Positions 1-12,375 of a DNA stretch of 64,000 nucleotides are shown here, one piece after another. The number at the start of each line of letters is the position of its first letter. Position 1 is the stretch's first letter. Source of the stretch: Eledone cirrhosa. Lineage: Eukaryota. Under the pieces are notes generated by a model. That model made no database searches and was not told the origin of the DNA. It was given only the letters and a program-made list of their open reading frames with translations. The translations under genes were made by a program, and so were the position numbers. The DNA is taken from the NCBI GenBank assembly GCA_964016885.1, contig OZ024744.1, positions 79,794,001-79,858,000 on the forward strand, given 5' to 3'.

Positions 1-52
1 CTATCTTGTGTATGGATGGGGTGGTGGCTAATATTATCTCTTAAGGGGGAGC

Positions 53-522
53 AATATTATCTTTTAAGGGAGCAATGCTATTTCTATTATTAAACAGTAA
101 CAAGGACAACACTACCACTAACAATAATAATAGTTTCTACAATAGGCACAAGGTCAGCAATTTGGAGGGAGGAGAAAGTCGATTATATTGACTCCACTGT
201 ATTACTGGTACTTTATTTTATCGACCCCATAAGGATGAAAGGTAAAGCTAACCTTGGTAGGATCTGAACCCAGAATTCAAAGGGCCATAACTCCATGCCA
301 CTAAGCATGTTGTCCGACGCTCTACCGGTACTGCCAATCCACTGGCCTAATTAATATTAATTATTTCTACTTTTGGCACAAGGCCAGCAATTATCTCAGT
401 GCATTACTGGTACTTTACTGACCTTGTGCCTATTGTAGAAACCCTTATTATTGTTGGTGGTAGTGTTGTCCTTGTTACTGTTTAATAATAGAAATAGCAT
501 TGCTCCCTTAAAAGATAATATT
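53..522. repeat. Inverted duplication, arms 53-157 and 418-522 (about 105 bp), enclosing SINE copies
   Basis: aatattatcttttaagggagc...ggcacaaggtcag is repeated as its reverse complement with only a few differences. Confidence 0.9.
122..348 (-). mobile_element. tRNA-derived SINE family 1 (A/B-box head, gcctttcatcc...ggggtcgataaaataaagtaccag core, (ATT)n tail); representative copy
   Basis: The same sequence recurs at about 945, 8670, 9070, 12180, 14040, 29500, 33900-34430, 39225-39755, 47860, 49170, 50150-50465, 56445, 57565, 58470 and 61220-61930. The core resembles the Meta/Sauria-type SINE domain (from memory). Confidence 0.85.
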
Positions 523-559
523 AACAACAACAATTTCTTATACAATAAGCGATGTTGGT

Positions 560-803
560 ACCACAATATCCAGTCTCGACAAAAAACACACAGTCCACGC
601 TGTAATGTGGCCGTGTAGGTAACACGGTAAAAACCTCCCAGTCCACACTGTAAATGTGGTTGGTGTTAGGAAGGGCATCCAGCCGTAGAAAACCTGCCAG
701 ACAGTCCTGAGCAAGACAACCATTCTTGCCTCAAGTGGGATAATTCCCGCCCAGACCCATGCTAGCATGGAAAATGGACGTTAAACGATGATGTTGATGA
801 TGA
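560..803 (+). mobile_element. 3' part of RTE family B / SINE body (gttaggaagggcatccag motif plus cccatgctagcatggaaaatggacgttaaacgatgatg tail)
   Basis: Closely matches the reverse complement of 14306-14560 and also 23560-23776. Confidence 0.8.
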
Positions 804-1189
804 AGCACACATATTTAGATGAAAAATAAATAAAAATGCATTTATGATACTAAATACTAACAGTAATGCAACTAGCTTAATATACTACTGCTGTTGCTAC
901 TACTATACATAAAAAATAATTTCTTTTTTAAATAAAAATATTGGTTTCTAATTTAAGCACAAGGTCACCAATTTGTTTTGCTGGTGGTGGTGGTGGGGGG
1001 GGGGGGGGGGGGGGGTGATTTAACCGGCACCTAGTATTTGACTGGTACTTTATTCTATCAGCCCCCAGTCACAGGAAGGACATAGAAGTGGTTGATAGTT
1101 TCTGCTAACCAGGCAATGTAATTACCAATGCGGGGTGCTCCGATAGTATAATAGTTAAATAAGGATAGGATGCAAAAAGTTCAGAGAAC

Positions 1190-1680
1190 TACTCTCAGAG
1201 TTGACCACAAAAGATTTCTCCCTACGTACAAAAGGATAACTATATGATGTCTGTATGTGAAGTGTGATGCTGCATGGTAGTGAAACAGTCTGTGACAGCA
1301 GAGAACGTGAGTAGACAGGTGAGAAATGAAACCGCCATGCTTTGTTTGATGTGCAATGTAAGTGTGAAAGAAAAGCAGAGCTTGGACAAGTTGAGGGAGA
1401 AGCTGGGTTTAAGAGGAATCTGAGGAGGTGTGTGGGAGAGAAGACTGCATTGGTTTAGACATGTGATGTGCATGAACAATGATCATTGGGTGAAGAAGTG
1501 ACAGGGGAAGGAAGTCATGGTAGAGGTAGGCTAAGAAAGACCTGGGTAGGGGTTGTGCGAGCTGACCTCAAATCACTGAGACTCACAAAGGAGATGGCGA
1601 AGGATCGTGACATGTGAAGAGATGTCATGCTGAGAAGGACCCATTCAATCCATGCCAGCATGGAAGAGATAACATAAAGA
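1190..1680 (+). mobile_element. Old RTE-clade LINE 3' fragment
   Basis: Degenerate LTTKDFSLRTKG.LYD.C..SVMLHGSET...LHWFRHVM with stops, followed by an RTE-type tail; homologous to 4753-5768. Confidence 0.8.
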
Positions 1681-1683
1681 TAT

Positions 1684-1714
<31 letters not shown>

Positions 1715-1746
1715 TTACAAACCTCTTGTCACAAAGTTTTCATATT

Positions 1747-1967
1747 TAACTCTTTTGATACTAGCCTACCCCAAACCAGCTCTAGTTTTATGAAACAAAA
1801 CTTTTAATGGTTCCTATTTACAATAAAATCGTCTAGCATAATTGTATATAAGTTACTATTGTAGTAATGAAATATAATTAATAATTTTCATAATCTTTTC
1901 AAAGTTCTCCATTTGTCAATTGAAATACAGTGTATTTCACAATGAAATATGGTCATGAAAGGATTAA
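1747..1967 (+). mobile_element. piggyBac-like MITE family (TTAA-CCCTTT...AAAGGG-TTAA type ends); representative copy
   Basis: Related copies at 14262/16540-16702, 18020-18162, 30358-30610, 33153-33382, 33572-33850, 40855-42068, 47720-48185, 48717-48930 (opposite strand) and 51390-51522. Confidence 0.6.
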
Positions 1968-3502
1968 GTTAAAACCTTCCACAATAAATTTATGTAAGAG
2001 GCTTTTGATACTACATTTTAAATAAGAAACACTGTTAATGATTTTTAAATAATTTTGAAAATAATTTTAATAAAGAATTTGGAGCAATTTAGCAATGTAA
2101 ACTTTCTCATTATTAAGCTGGTGTTACTAAATCCATTCAAATTCTTGAGGGTCACTGCTTCCGTAGCCAAATAGAATAAAATCCTAAAATATCGAGAATT
2201 ATCAACTAACTATTTAATCCAGCCTGTGGCATTTGAGATGTTTGGTGGACCTAGGCTTGCTGACAGCGAAATTCTTGTCATGGTTACCGACGTATCAGGT
2301 GATGCCTCTAATGGCATTTGGTATTTTTCAGCACCTTAGCCTTGACATCACCAGCATTAAGGCTTGCCTTAAAAATTTCCGATGACTCTTGTGGTGCGTG
2401 ACCAACTAATGCACTTAATATTGAATTGTTTGGGGTTTTATTTTCTTCTCTTGCTTTGATTATATATTTTTGTGTATTATATCTATAAGGTTCCTCTCAA
2501 TAATTAATTGATTACATATACATACTTCTATTTAATCTTACATAATTGTCATAAAAAATATTTATCTTTTTTGAAATTAGTTCAAACACATAAGTAGTGT
2601 ATATTTCACTAGAAATATGGGCACAGAAATTAATTTGGAATTTTTTTGGTTGTTGTCTTGTAATTTGAGAATGATACTCCTGTAACAAAGATTACAAGTC
2701 TTGTATTCTTGTCTCAATATATAAACACACCACTCAAATTACCTTATGGATATTCATCAACATGTATGGCAAAAAAAATACTGATACACATCTTTGTAAA
2801 GAAATGTAAGATACACTATCAGTGGCAACCATGTTAGAATATAGTTAAAAGAAAACATATCATAAATCTTAAGAGATAAAAAAGATTAAAAGACCCTCAC
2901 CAAACACCCACACAGAGTAAAATTAAAATAAGATGGTTTCATTACACTCATCAGTGTGACAACACTATACATGTGCACACACACTCACACAGCATATATA
3001 TATATATCATCATCAGTTGTTTAACATCCACTTTCCACGCTAGCATGGGTTAGACGGGTTGTCCCATTTGAGGCAAGTTGTGTCAGGTGACCGTGTCCTG
3101 TTCATACAGAACATATGAATAAACATTGTTGTCTCTGATTGAGACGAAGCAAGAGTGTATTTGAGTTCATATTAAAAATGAGAAAACTAATCACTAGAAC
3201 AGCCGCTAAAGCAGCCTATTACTGTCAAAGACAGCGATGGGAAAAAATGTTGCAGAGGACAGAGACCAGTTGCCAGCAGAGAGAGACATTCCACGAGGTG
3301 AGTGACAGGCTGATGAAATATAGAAAAGATTGAAAGTGGAGGACAAAGAGAAGTGTGCTGGCACATAAAAGTGACTGGAAAATGGAAATAAAGAACAGCA
3401 GTGTACAAGACAAGTTCACATACACATACCTTCACCCTCATCAGCTCTGAAACCAGCAAAATGGTTTCGCACAATTTAATTGAGATGACCATTATATATA
3501 TA

Positions 3503-4367
3503 CAGGGTATGGACGATATTTGTTTGCAATTTTCAACTGCTAATTTTATGCAAATTATTTTTACTTCCGTTGTCACTCTTGTCTTCATAAAAACTGACTA
3601 TATTTCCATTATTTATTTTCAGAATAATTGATTATGAATAATTTTGAACCTCCAAATTTGTGGAAGAGACACAGAGTTCTTCTTGGAATCCGCGCCGGGA
3701 GGACGAATAAGGAAATTTCAGACTTTCTCAGAACAACAGGTGGCTCGCTGTCTCATCCAAAGACGTGCCCAGAGTCATGCAGACAAAGTTTCCAGCGACA
3801 ACACTGGTCTTAGGTGTCGTCAGCAGTCAAGGTGACATCATGCAACCTCACTTCTTCCCTGAGGGCCTCAAGCTGAACACCGATGGCTACATCCGCGTTC
3901 TGAGCGAGGTAGTAAAGCTCTGGATCGACCAGGTAGCTGCAGGTAGGCCGTACGTGTGGCAGCAAGACTCAGCGCCATGCCATACCAGCCGAAAGACCCA
4001 AGCCTGGCTGTCAGAGAACTTCGTCGACCACACTTCACCCGACATCTGGCCTCCCAGCTCGCCTGACTGCAACCCCCTCGACTTCTTTGTGTGGGGCGCA
4101 GTGGAACGAGACACCAACAGATCTAGCTGCAATACAAAAGACGATCTGAAGGCCAGGATCACAAGTGCCTTTAGGGGCCTAAGTCGAGGTACAGTGACGA
4201 AGGCCTGTAGCCGGTTCCGAGGCCGTCATCAAAGCCAATGGTGGGTTTATCGAGTGAGTCATGAAGACAAACTGATCCAAGTTTGATAAATAAATCTTAA
4301 AAAATAAAACTACCGTGTTATTTTTTCCTAGACAGTAATCTTGCGAACAAATATCGTCCGCACCCTG
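3503..4367 (+). mobile_element. Tc1/mariner-superfamily DD37D (maT-type) transposon, internally deleted, 865 bp
   Basis: About 27-bp TIRs (cagggtatggacgatatttgtttgcaa / ttgcgaacaaatatcgtccgcaccctg, 3 mismatches) with TA on the left. ORF 3765-4286 has WQQDSAPCH...WPPSSPDCNPLDFFVWG with 37 residues between the 2nd and 3rd D. The N-terminal HTH start is fused out of frame and the first D region is deleted. Confidence 0.9.
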
Positions 4368-4752
4368 TGTGTGTGTATGTATATATACATATATACACAC
4401 ACATACATACACACACACATACGTATGATGACAATCATGTTAAAGACTTACTTTTCCATGTTGGCATAGATTGTATGAGAGATTAAATTCCTCTTTTTGA
4501 GGCAGGATGCCCTTCCTGGTGCCAACTCTGGCTTGTTTTGTTTTTTTAAGCAAGGTACAGATTTTCACATGATGAACTGTTGGGCCACAGGACGCAAACA
4601 AATAGCACCCAACTTGCAAATACACACACATATATATGAATTTTGCACAGTATTGGGGCCTGGCTAGTGTATATATATATATATATATATTTATTCATCA
4701 TCATCTTTGTTTAATGTCCATTTTCCATGCTTGTATGGGATATATATATATC

Positions 4753-5768
4753 TCATCATCATCATTTTACATCCGCTCTTCCCTGCTTTCAAGGGTGGGA
4801 TGGGTCTTATTCAGCACAGTATCTCTCCACTTGTCACAGTCGTTCGTCATCTCCACCGTGAGCTTCAGTGATCTGAGGTCTGTTCTCATCACCTCCGCCC
4901 ATGTTTTTCGTGATCTACCTCTACCACGTCTTCCTTCAACTGGCATTTCCTGGCACTTCTTCACCCATCGGTCATCCTCCATGCGCATCACATGTCCATA
5001 CCACCTCAGTCTCCTCTCCCGTACACTACATTCTATCCCTCTCAGACAGTTTCTCTCTCAACACATTCATTCTGGGTCGTTGACGCACATTGACATTGCA
5101 CATCCAATGGAGCATGCTTGCCTTATTTCTCTCCAGCCGTCGCATATCCTCTGCAGTTGCTGCCCATGTCTCACTACCATGCAGCATCGCGCTCCTCACA
5201 CAGGCATCATATAACCGGCCTTTCGTACGCAGGGAGAAACCCTTCTTCATCAGCAGAGAAAGCAGCTTCCTAAACTTCTTCCAACCCGTCCTTATTCTAG
5301 ATACTATGGCCTCGGAACACCCCCGTCCCATGCTAACCTGATCTCCTAGGTACCGGAAGCTATCCACCACTTCTATAGCGCCCTCCTGCATTTGAAAAAT
5401 GTGTCTATCAATGCGACTTCTGTCTAATTTCCCTGTACATCTACTGCATACATATTAGTTTGCCTGCTATCCTGCCTGTTAGTTTGCCTGCTATTCTGCT
5501 ACATCTCTTGTGTACCCAGGATCTGTATTGTGTGCATTTTATAGAATTTATGCCAGTTCCTTTTCTGCATATCGAACATGGCCATTTCCCTGACGGAATC
5601 AGAGTTTTGTCCTCTTTTCTACTCATCAACACTTTTGTCTTAGCTAGGTTCACTCTCAGTCCTCTTGCTTCCAACTGCGGTGTCCATGGCCAGAATTTAT
5701 TCTCTAGCTCCTCTACTGACTCTGCTATAAGAACCAGATCATCAGCATAGAGAAGTTGCCATGGACAG
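4753..5768 (-). mobile_element. RTE LINE family A, 5'-truncated copy
   Basis: ORF pieces LLYADDLVL, FRYLGD, MLHGSETW, ...LNKTHPTLESREERM* run directly into an (ATG)n tail. Confidence 0.92.
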
Positions 5769-6545
5769 ATCAAGCAATTTTTCATCATTCATCGAAGCAA
5801 CATGGCCAACCCATTTTAATTGAGACGTTATTAAGAAGGTCTCTATGCTTTGTATATCACATTTATGAAACATGAAACAACTATTCATTAGAGACTGTCT
5901 TTTCATGTAAAACCACATATTTATGAGACATCTCTTGTGGAAAGTATGTAGCTGTGTAATATGTTTTCTATATGGTGCGCACAATTCAGACCCATACAGC
6001 AATGTTGGGATGACAACTTGGTTTCCAAACTCAATTCTCTGTCATTCCATACTCTTGCTCCCAGCTTTCCAAAAGCATTACTCACTTTGGTGATCCTATT
6101 TCATCATCCAGAGAAGCATTAGAATTGATTTTACTTCCTAAGAATGTGAAGGACTTCATATACTTTAGAGGCTTGATGTCCACAAGATTTTCACATGATG
6201 GTGCACTGTATTGGGGGCTAGGTAGTGTTGTATATAACTTCTATCTTTTTAACACTTACTGTTAGGTCAAATGCTTTCGCTGCAGGGGAAAACCAGCTTG
6301 CAACTTCATGTGATTCACAGAAAGAATTAGCTACTAAAACTACATTATTTGCAAACACAAAGTCTAAAAGCATTTTTGTCCTAGTAAGGGTCTTTGCCTT
6401 AAATCTTTGTTTATTGACAAGCCCACTTAGTGTTCTAAATTGAAATAAAACACTGACATGGCAGTTATTGAAGGCACATTCTAGCATCAGAGGAAAGTAA
6501 ATAGCAAACAAAACGGGTAATTATGCACTCCTGCTTTGTCTCATT
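5769..6545 (-). mobile_element. Old RTE/BovB-like LINE RT fragment
   Basis: Degenerate FAIYF..MLE.AF, LLYGSE...YRKHITQLHTFHKRCL and QLKWVGHV.SM motifs typical of BovB-type RT. Confidence 0.75.
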
Positions 6546-6857
6546 TTTAATCTGATGCCCAGACAGACAGAAACATGATATAACTAGGATGATAAATTTA
6601 GTGGCCTGTGCTTGGTTTTTTGCTCAACTGCCAGTGTGCTCATAGGATTGATTGCTGGATAAGGGCCAAACTGGAGCTACACATCAACAACCACCAGTAG
6701 TATTGTGTCAATGTGGGAAGAAAGAACCTTTTCTAGCTAGACCCAAACAATCAGTTCAACTCAGAGCTATAAACTAAATAGGTGGTGGTGGTCAGTTGTT
6801 CCTATCTCATGGTACCTATTTATGTAATTCTGTCCCAGTGTGTGTGAATATACTATA

Positions 6858-7054
6858 CAGGACTGAATTAACCATTAAACAAAATAAGCACATGTTGATG
6901 ACATTAAGGAAAGAGGTGGGGACACACACAATCTTATTCAAATTAAATGTATTTGTCATTCTCCAAACAATATTTTTTGCAAACTTTATTATACATGGCA
7001 GTCACCATAAGCTTTTAAGAGCTTAGGGTCTCAAAAGGACTTAATTCAGCCCTG
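6858..7054. mobile_element. hAT-like MITE (197 bp)
   Basis: TIRs caggactgaattaa / ttaattcagccctg; flanking 8-mers atactata / atacaata give an 8-bp TSD with 1 mismatch. A related left end is at about 13697. Confidence 0.7.
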
Positions 7055-9453
7055 ATACAATAATAGCTGTATGCTTATTATTCTCTCTGTGGAAAAGAAT
7101 GAGGAATTTAGTTAGCTATCACCCCCCCCCCCCCCCCTCCATCTGTCTTTTTTTTTTAAACCCACAGTGAAAAGAAAAACCTGTTTTAGCTAGAGTCTAC
7201 TTTTCATTCATAATAATGTTTCTTTTTTGTGAAACTGACAGCTCATATACCAAAACAAAGTGAAAATAAAATGTTTTATTAAATACATTAATATCATCAT
7301 CACCATTCAACATCTATTTATCATAAGCATGGGTTAGACGAGCTGTTGTGTTATGAAGTCAGACAGGTCAGGTGACTACGTCTTTTTCATATGATTGGTT
7401 TCTCGTTTGGCTTTCTATGACTGGATGCCCTTCCCAATGCCTACCAATTTATAGCACGAAGTGGCACAATTACAAAATAAAAAGTCTTACCCATTTACAT
7501 TACAGTTAATACTTAAACACACACACACACACACACATATATATACAAACATACATGTGTGTGTGTGTGGGGGGGGGGGGGTATTAGCTAATTTATTACA
7601 TTATATTTGTTCTGTAATTGCTAATAAATTTTCTCAAAAAGTATTTTCCACTTGTCGAGTTTACACAAATGTGTCGGAATTTTCCATTCTAACTTCCTAT
7701 ATTTTGAATGCAAAACTGAAAGTTTACCGAAAGTGGATGCAGTCTTCTATAATTACGGATAATGTTAATCAAAATGTTAATCAAAATGTTAATATAAAAA
7801 AAAAAAAAAAATAATGCTTAATGTTATCGGTCGGTTATTGTTATCGAAAAGGCTTTGTCCCAAAGTAATAACAATAAGCAGCTTCCATTGTATTTTATTT
7901 ATTTATACATTTTTTTTTTTATTGTAGAGCAGATCTGTTTATAATTTGGAAAAGAAAGATCTTTATTTAGTCCGAGGTCACATGATTAAAAAAGTTCAAA
8001 ATAAACCAGCCAGTCTTTTTAGATCTATTTAGGAATACCTGATCAATGTGTCTTTCTCTCTTCCTTTTCTTTTCTTTCAAGACGGTGGGATGTTTGTTAT
8101 TTGAAGAGAGATTTGGCTGCTATTTCTAGCAGGTCGAACGACTACGTAGATGGGATTCATTCGATAGATCATGATAAAAACTATCGGTGAGTATTGCAGG
8201 TGTTAACATAGGTATGTGTGTGTGAGTGTCTGTTCGTTCACCAAGTTCTACTCTACAAGGATTCATTGTTCTGACATACTGTCATAAACCAATAGTAAAC
8301 AGAAGCTGCCATTTGTTTGACAGTAATTAGAACAGCAGTAACATTTAGCTGACATTTTCACACCAACATCACCACCACCACAATAACAACAACCAGCATC
8401 ATCAACAACAACCATCAGCAGCACAACAATCATCGCCACCACCACCACCACAACTACTCCCCCTCCCAACCAACAATAACGTTGGAAAGTTATTTATTTA
8501 CATGGATTGGAATAACTAATTCTTTGTGCCCCCCCCCCTCTCCCAACCACCACCAATTTAGTTTCCTCATAGCTTTCTTAAATAATGCATATTTTAAAAT
8601 GAAATTTCGCAAGGTCACGTTTTCAATGATGTAGATTAACAATTATGTTAATGAAATTTAAAAAATAATAATTGTTTCTACTATAGGCACAAGGCCAGTA
8701 ATTTGAAGGGATGGGGAAAGTCGATTAAATCGACCCCAGTGAGTTACTGCGACTTTATTCTATCGACCCCGTAAGCGAACCTCGGCGGGATTTGAACTCA
8801 GATTTAAAATTTGAAACCGTTGAAAAATCGGGTAAAATACACCTAGGCACAGAAAAAAGTGGTTATTTTTTACTCAATTTTCTAATGAGATTATCATTTA
8901 TAGCGATTCTGTATTTGGATGTCAACACTTTAAATTTCAAACTATCCAAAGACTTCTATAAAGCGAAAAAAAAAAAAAAATAATAATAATAATAATAATA
9001 AAAAAACAACTTTCGATTTCCTTGTATTAGTTTAAACAAACGTAAACTTCCAATTTTATCTTAATAAATAATTGTTTCAACATTTGACACAAGGCCACCA
9101 ATTTAAAGGGAAGGGGAAATCGATTAAATCGAACCCCAGTAAATTACTGGTACTTTATTTTATCGACCCCGTAAAGATGAAAGACAAAGCTATGCTCGGC
9201 GGGATAGTATCAATCAGCATCAGATTTTATATCAGATCAGAACACACTCAACCGAATAGGTAATTTATCAATACAATCGTAATCTACGCATTCGAAAATG
9301 TATCCCTGCAAAATTTCAATAAAAAGTATACATTATTAAGAAAGTTATAAGGAAACAAATTCAGGAGAAGGGGAAGGAGGGAATTACAGTTGTCTGCGGT
9401 CCCAACAAAAGAACCTCTATGTGTTCGCAAGAACTACTAGAAATAGCAGTCAA

Positions 9454-9484
<31 letters not shown>

Positions 9485-9724
9485 GCACCACTGCCCGCAG
9501 AATCACAATACTGATTTAGAAGAACAGATTGAATAAGACGAAATAGCCATGGCTTTAGAAGAACAGATATTCAAAGACGAAATAGCTTGGAACATTCTTG
9601 ATTATCGGTCTGCTCAGTGGAGGCTGGTCTGGGGTTAAATAACACACCAGTTGTTTACAAACACACAAGAAACTCACACACGAACAGTAATAATATCACA
9701 CATATATAAATATATCAATATATA

Positions 9725-9856
9725 TAAATCAAGATGGATTCAGTTTGAAACTGGTTAGACCATTACTCAACAGAGTACTTGATACTTGACGTAGTAGAGT
9801 ATGGTTAGTATGGAAACAGCAAGAGCGCAGCAGGTCGGGGTCCCGCCTCTATTATC

Positions 9857-9860
<4 letters not shown>
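9725..9860 (-). mobile_element. Penelope-like terminal repeat fragment in (TA)n
   Basis: Reverse complement has actctactac...gtatcaagtactctg, shared with 38001-38070 and 43530-43595, which sit next to hammerhead-like motifs. Confidence 0.45.
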
Positions 9861-9928
<68 letters not shown>

Positions 9929-9974
9929 TTTATATATCAGCTGTGCTAGGGCAAGAAATAAAATTCTAATTTTA

Positions 9975-10105
9975 TATACACACATATGGACAGCAATAAT
10001 GTTATATACATACATATACACATGGACGGAAATAATCTTATATATACACACACATGGACGGAAATAATCTTATATATACACACACACATGGACGGTAATA
10101 ATCTC
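9975..10105. repeat. Degenerate about 35-bp minisatellite (tatatacacacacatggacggaaataatctta), about 4 copies
   Basis: Direct inspection. Confidence 0.75.
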
Positions 10106-10241
10106 ATAACACACACACAAATATATACATACATGTTCATGTAATGCATACACATATAGAGTACAAGTATCTCAAGATATTTGGACATGTCACACACACA
10201 CACATGTATATACGGAATATATCGATTAGTTAGTTCCTTAC

Positions 10242-10317
10242 CCTGATGCAACATATCATCAATACATCGAATGAAGCACCATGATGCAGGGCGTGGTATA
10301 CGTCGGCGTTTCTCCAT
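10242..10317 (-). CDS. Candidate alternative first coding exon, 25 codons + 1 nt: MEKRRRIPRPASWCFIRCIDDMLHQ
   Basis: ATG in good context (ataATGg), ends at cagG|GTAAGG (phase-1 donor). Lies in a CpG-retaining unique region with about 900 nt of UTR-like sequence upstream on the minus strand. Confidence 0.45.
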
Positions 10318-11720
10318 TATGTAATACACAACAATCCAGTTCAATAATGGTATCCGACTTCTCTTAAAAACTTCCAATTGGGGGAGATTTTCACTCGAGA
10401 CTACTTAATGTAAGTGTAGCGTGGAGTTGTTTTGGAGAAGCACAATTGTTGAGTTTTCTTTCTAATCTCTACTGAGTTACGTTCTGTTGTGTCGTCTCTT
10501 AGACAAGGTACTCAATTATGGCTTCATGTCTATTAAAAGAAAAAGTTACCACCACTACCAGTAATTATTCCTTTGTAAACAGAAGGTAACCTCAGATGAA
10601 ATATAGAGTGAACCCCATCGTAAGAGAATTATTCAACAAAGCTTTTTTGTCTTAAAACCATAACAGTAATTCTGTTTGATTAGTTGATTAGTTTCAATAG
10701 TCTATTTCTTTTCACATATATTTTTTTCCGTAGGGGATTCGATTCATTTGCAAAGTTTCCAAATGTTGGTCGCAAAAAAAACTTTGCGACTATAATTGAT
10801 CAAAGTGGTATTTGTGAAGAATGTGGCAGAGAGCGAATGCAAAAAAAATCCAATGGGTAGTGTTAAAGAAATACGAGTGTTAAATGAATGGGAGCTAACA
10901 TATCTATATCTCTGTTTCTTTATAAACCACTAACTAGGTGTACTCCGGATGTGTGAGAAACACGATCTCTGAAGCTGGATTTAAAATTCTGAGAATTTGA
11001 GGCGCCGATTATTGGATAAGACAATCAAAAAAAAAAAAAAGAGAGACAGAAGAAAGAAATGTCTTATAGTCCAGCAGAACATTCGAATATATCGCAACAA
11101 CGAGGTAGAAAGAAGAATGGCGAGAATAAGTTCCAGTCAATAGTGAAACAAAACCACCAAACAACCGTTTATTATTATTTTTTCTTCTTCTGCTGGCAAA
11201 CAGCAACAAAGTGACTGAGTGTTTGCCAATAATGACCTAACTGTATTTTGAAGTCAGTCGGGTGCGTACGTATGTGTGTGTGAACGCACGTACTTCTGTG
11301 TATGTGTGTTTACCTTCGGGTATATAGTACTGTAAGTTTGTGTATGTGTGTATACTGATTTATATATATAATCACTCAGTCAGCATACATGTATATATAC
11401 ATTCATACATGTGTGTGCCTTTGATAAAGAAACAAAGTGTGTGAGAGAGAGAGAGAGAGTGTGTATCACTGTATGGGAATGTGTTATATGAGAGAGAGGG
11501 AGAATTAGAAAGGGAGAGATAGCGAGAGAGTGTGTGTGTCTGTCTATGTAAGTGTGCGTAAGAAAATACAATCTGTTTCGTGTATGTGCGTGTGTCAGCG
11601 CTCTATGACGAGTGTACGTTGTTGTACGATATCAACTGTTATGTCAACAGCTACACACCCAAGACTTGAAGTAGTTTTTCATAATAGGAATGGCTGGCAT
11701 CAAGAAGGGTAGAGGAACGC
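10318..11720 (-). promoter_or_regulatory. Putative promoter and 5' UTR of the 10242-10317 exon
   Basis: TE-poor unique sequence with visibly more CpG than the flanks; Inr-like TCAGTC on the minus strand at 11213-11218; GA/CT tracts upstream. Inferred, no transcript data. Confidence 0.3.
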
Positions 11721-12097
11721 TTTAATATATATGTACCTATACACACACACATACATACATACATACATACATACATACATACATACAGACACGTACGTAT
11801 ACACACACAGCGAGGTGCAGCTTTTTTAGAAATAGGATTAACAGCTTTTTTGCACCACTTTTCTTCTTTTGAATAATTGCCAAAAATGTAATTCTTATAG
11901 GGACAAAATGTGTGTGTGAATATGTTTGAAGGGGTGGGTATAGGAAAAGTGATACAGTGGTTATAGAGTGTGTAAGGAGAGGGGGAGGAAATAGGAGAGA
12001 CGGAAAGATATAGCAAGAAATCAATGAAATTTTTAGTCGGAGTTAACTAGCACCCTCATCAATAAACAGACTTGTTGTATATGCACCATGTAACAGC

Positions 12098-12173
<76 letters not shown>

Positions 12174-12338
12174 TATTAATTAATTGTTTCTACTTTTGGC
12201 ACAAGGCCAGCAATTGTCCAGTGCATTACTGGTACTTTATTTTATCGACCTCGTAAGGATGAAAGGCCAAGTTAACCTCCTTTTCTACGGAAATATATAT
12301 ATATAGACACACTGAGGTGTCAATGACAGCGACACCCA

Positions 12339-12375
<37 letters not shown>

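Noticed and set aside
2150-2440. Unique-looking segment as an exon
   Set aside because: Frames checked on the minus strand are interrupted by stops, and no matched acceptor/donor pair was found.
4636-5214. 192-aa plus-strand ORF (and 20409-20960)
   Set aside because: Antisense frame of RTE LINE copies.
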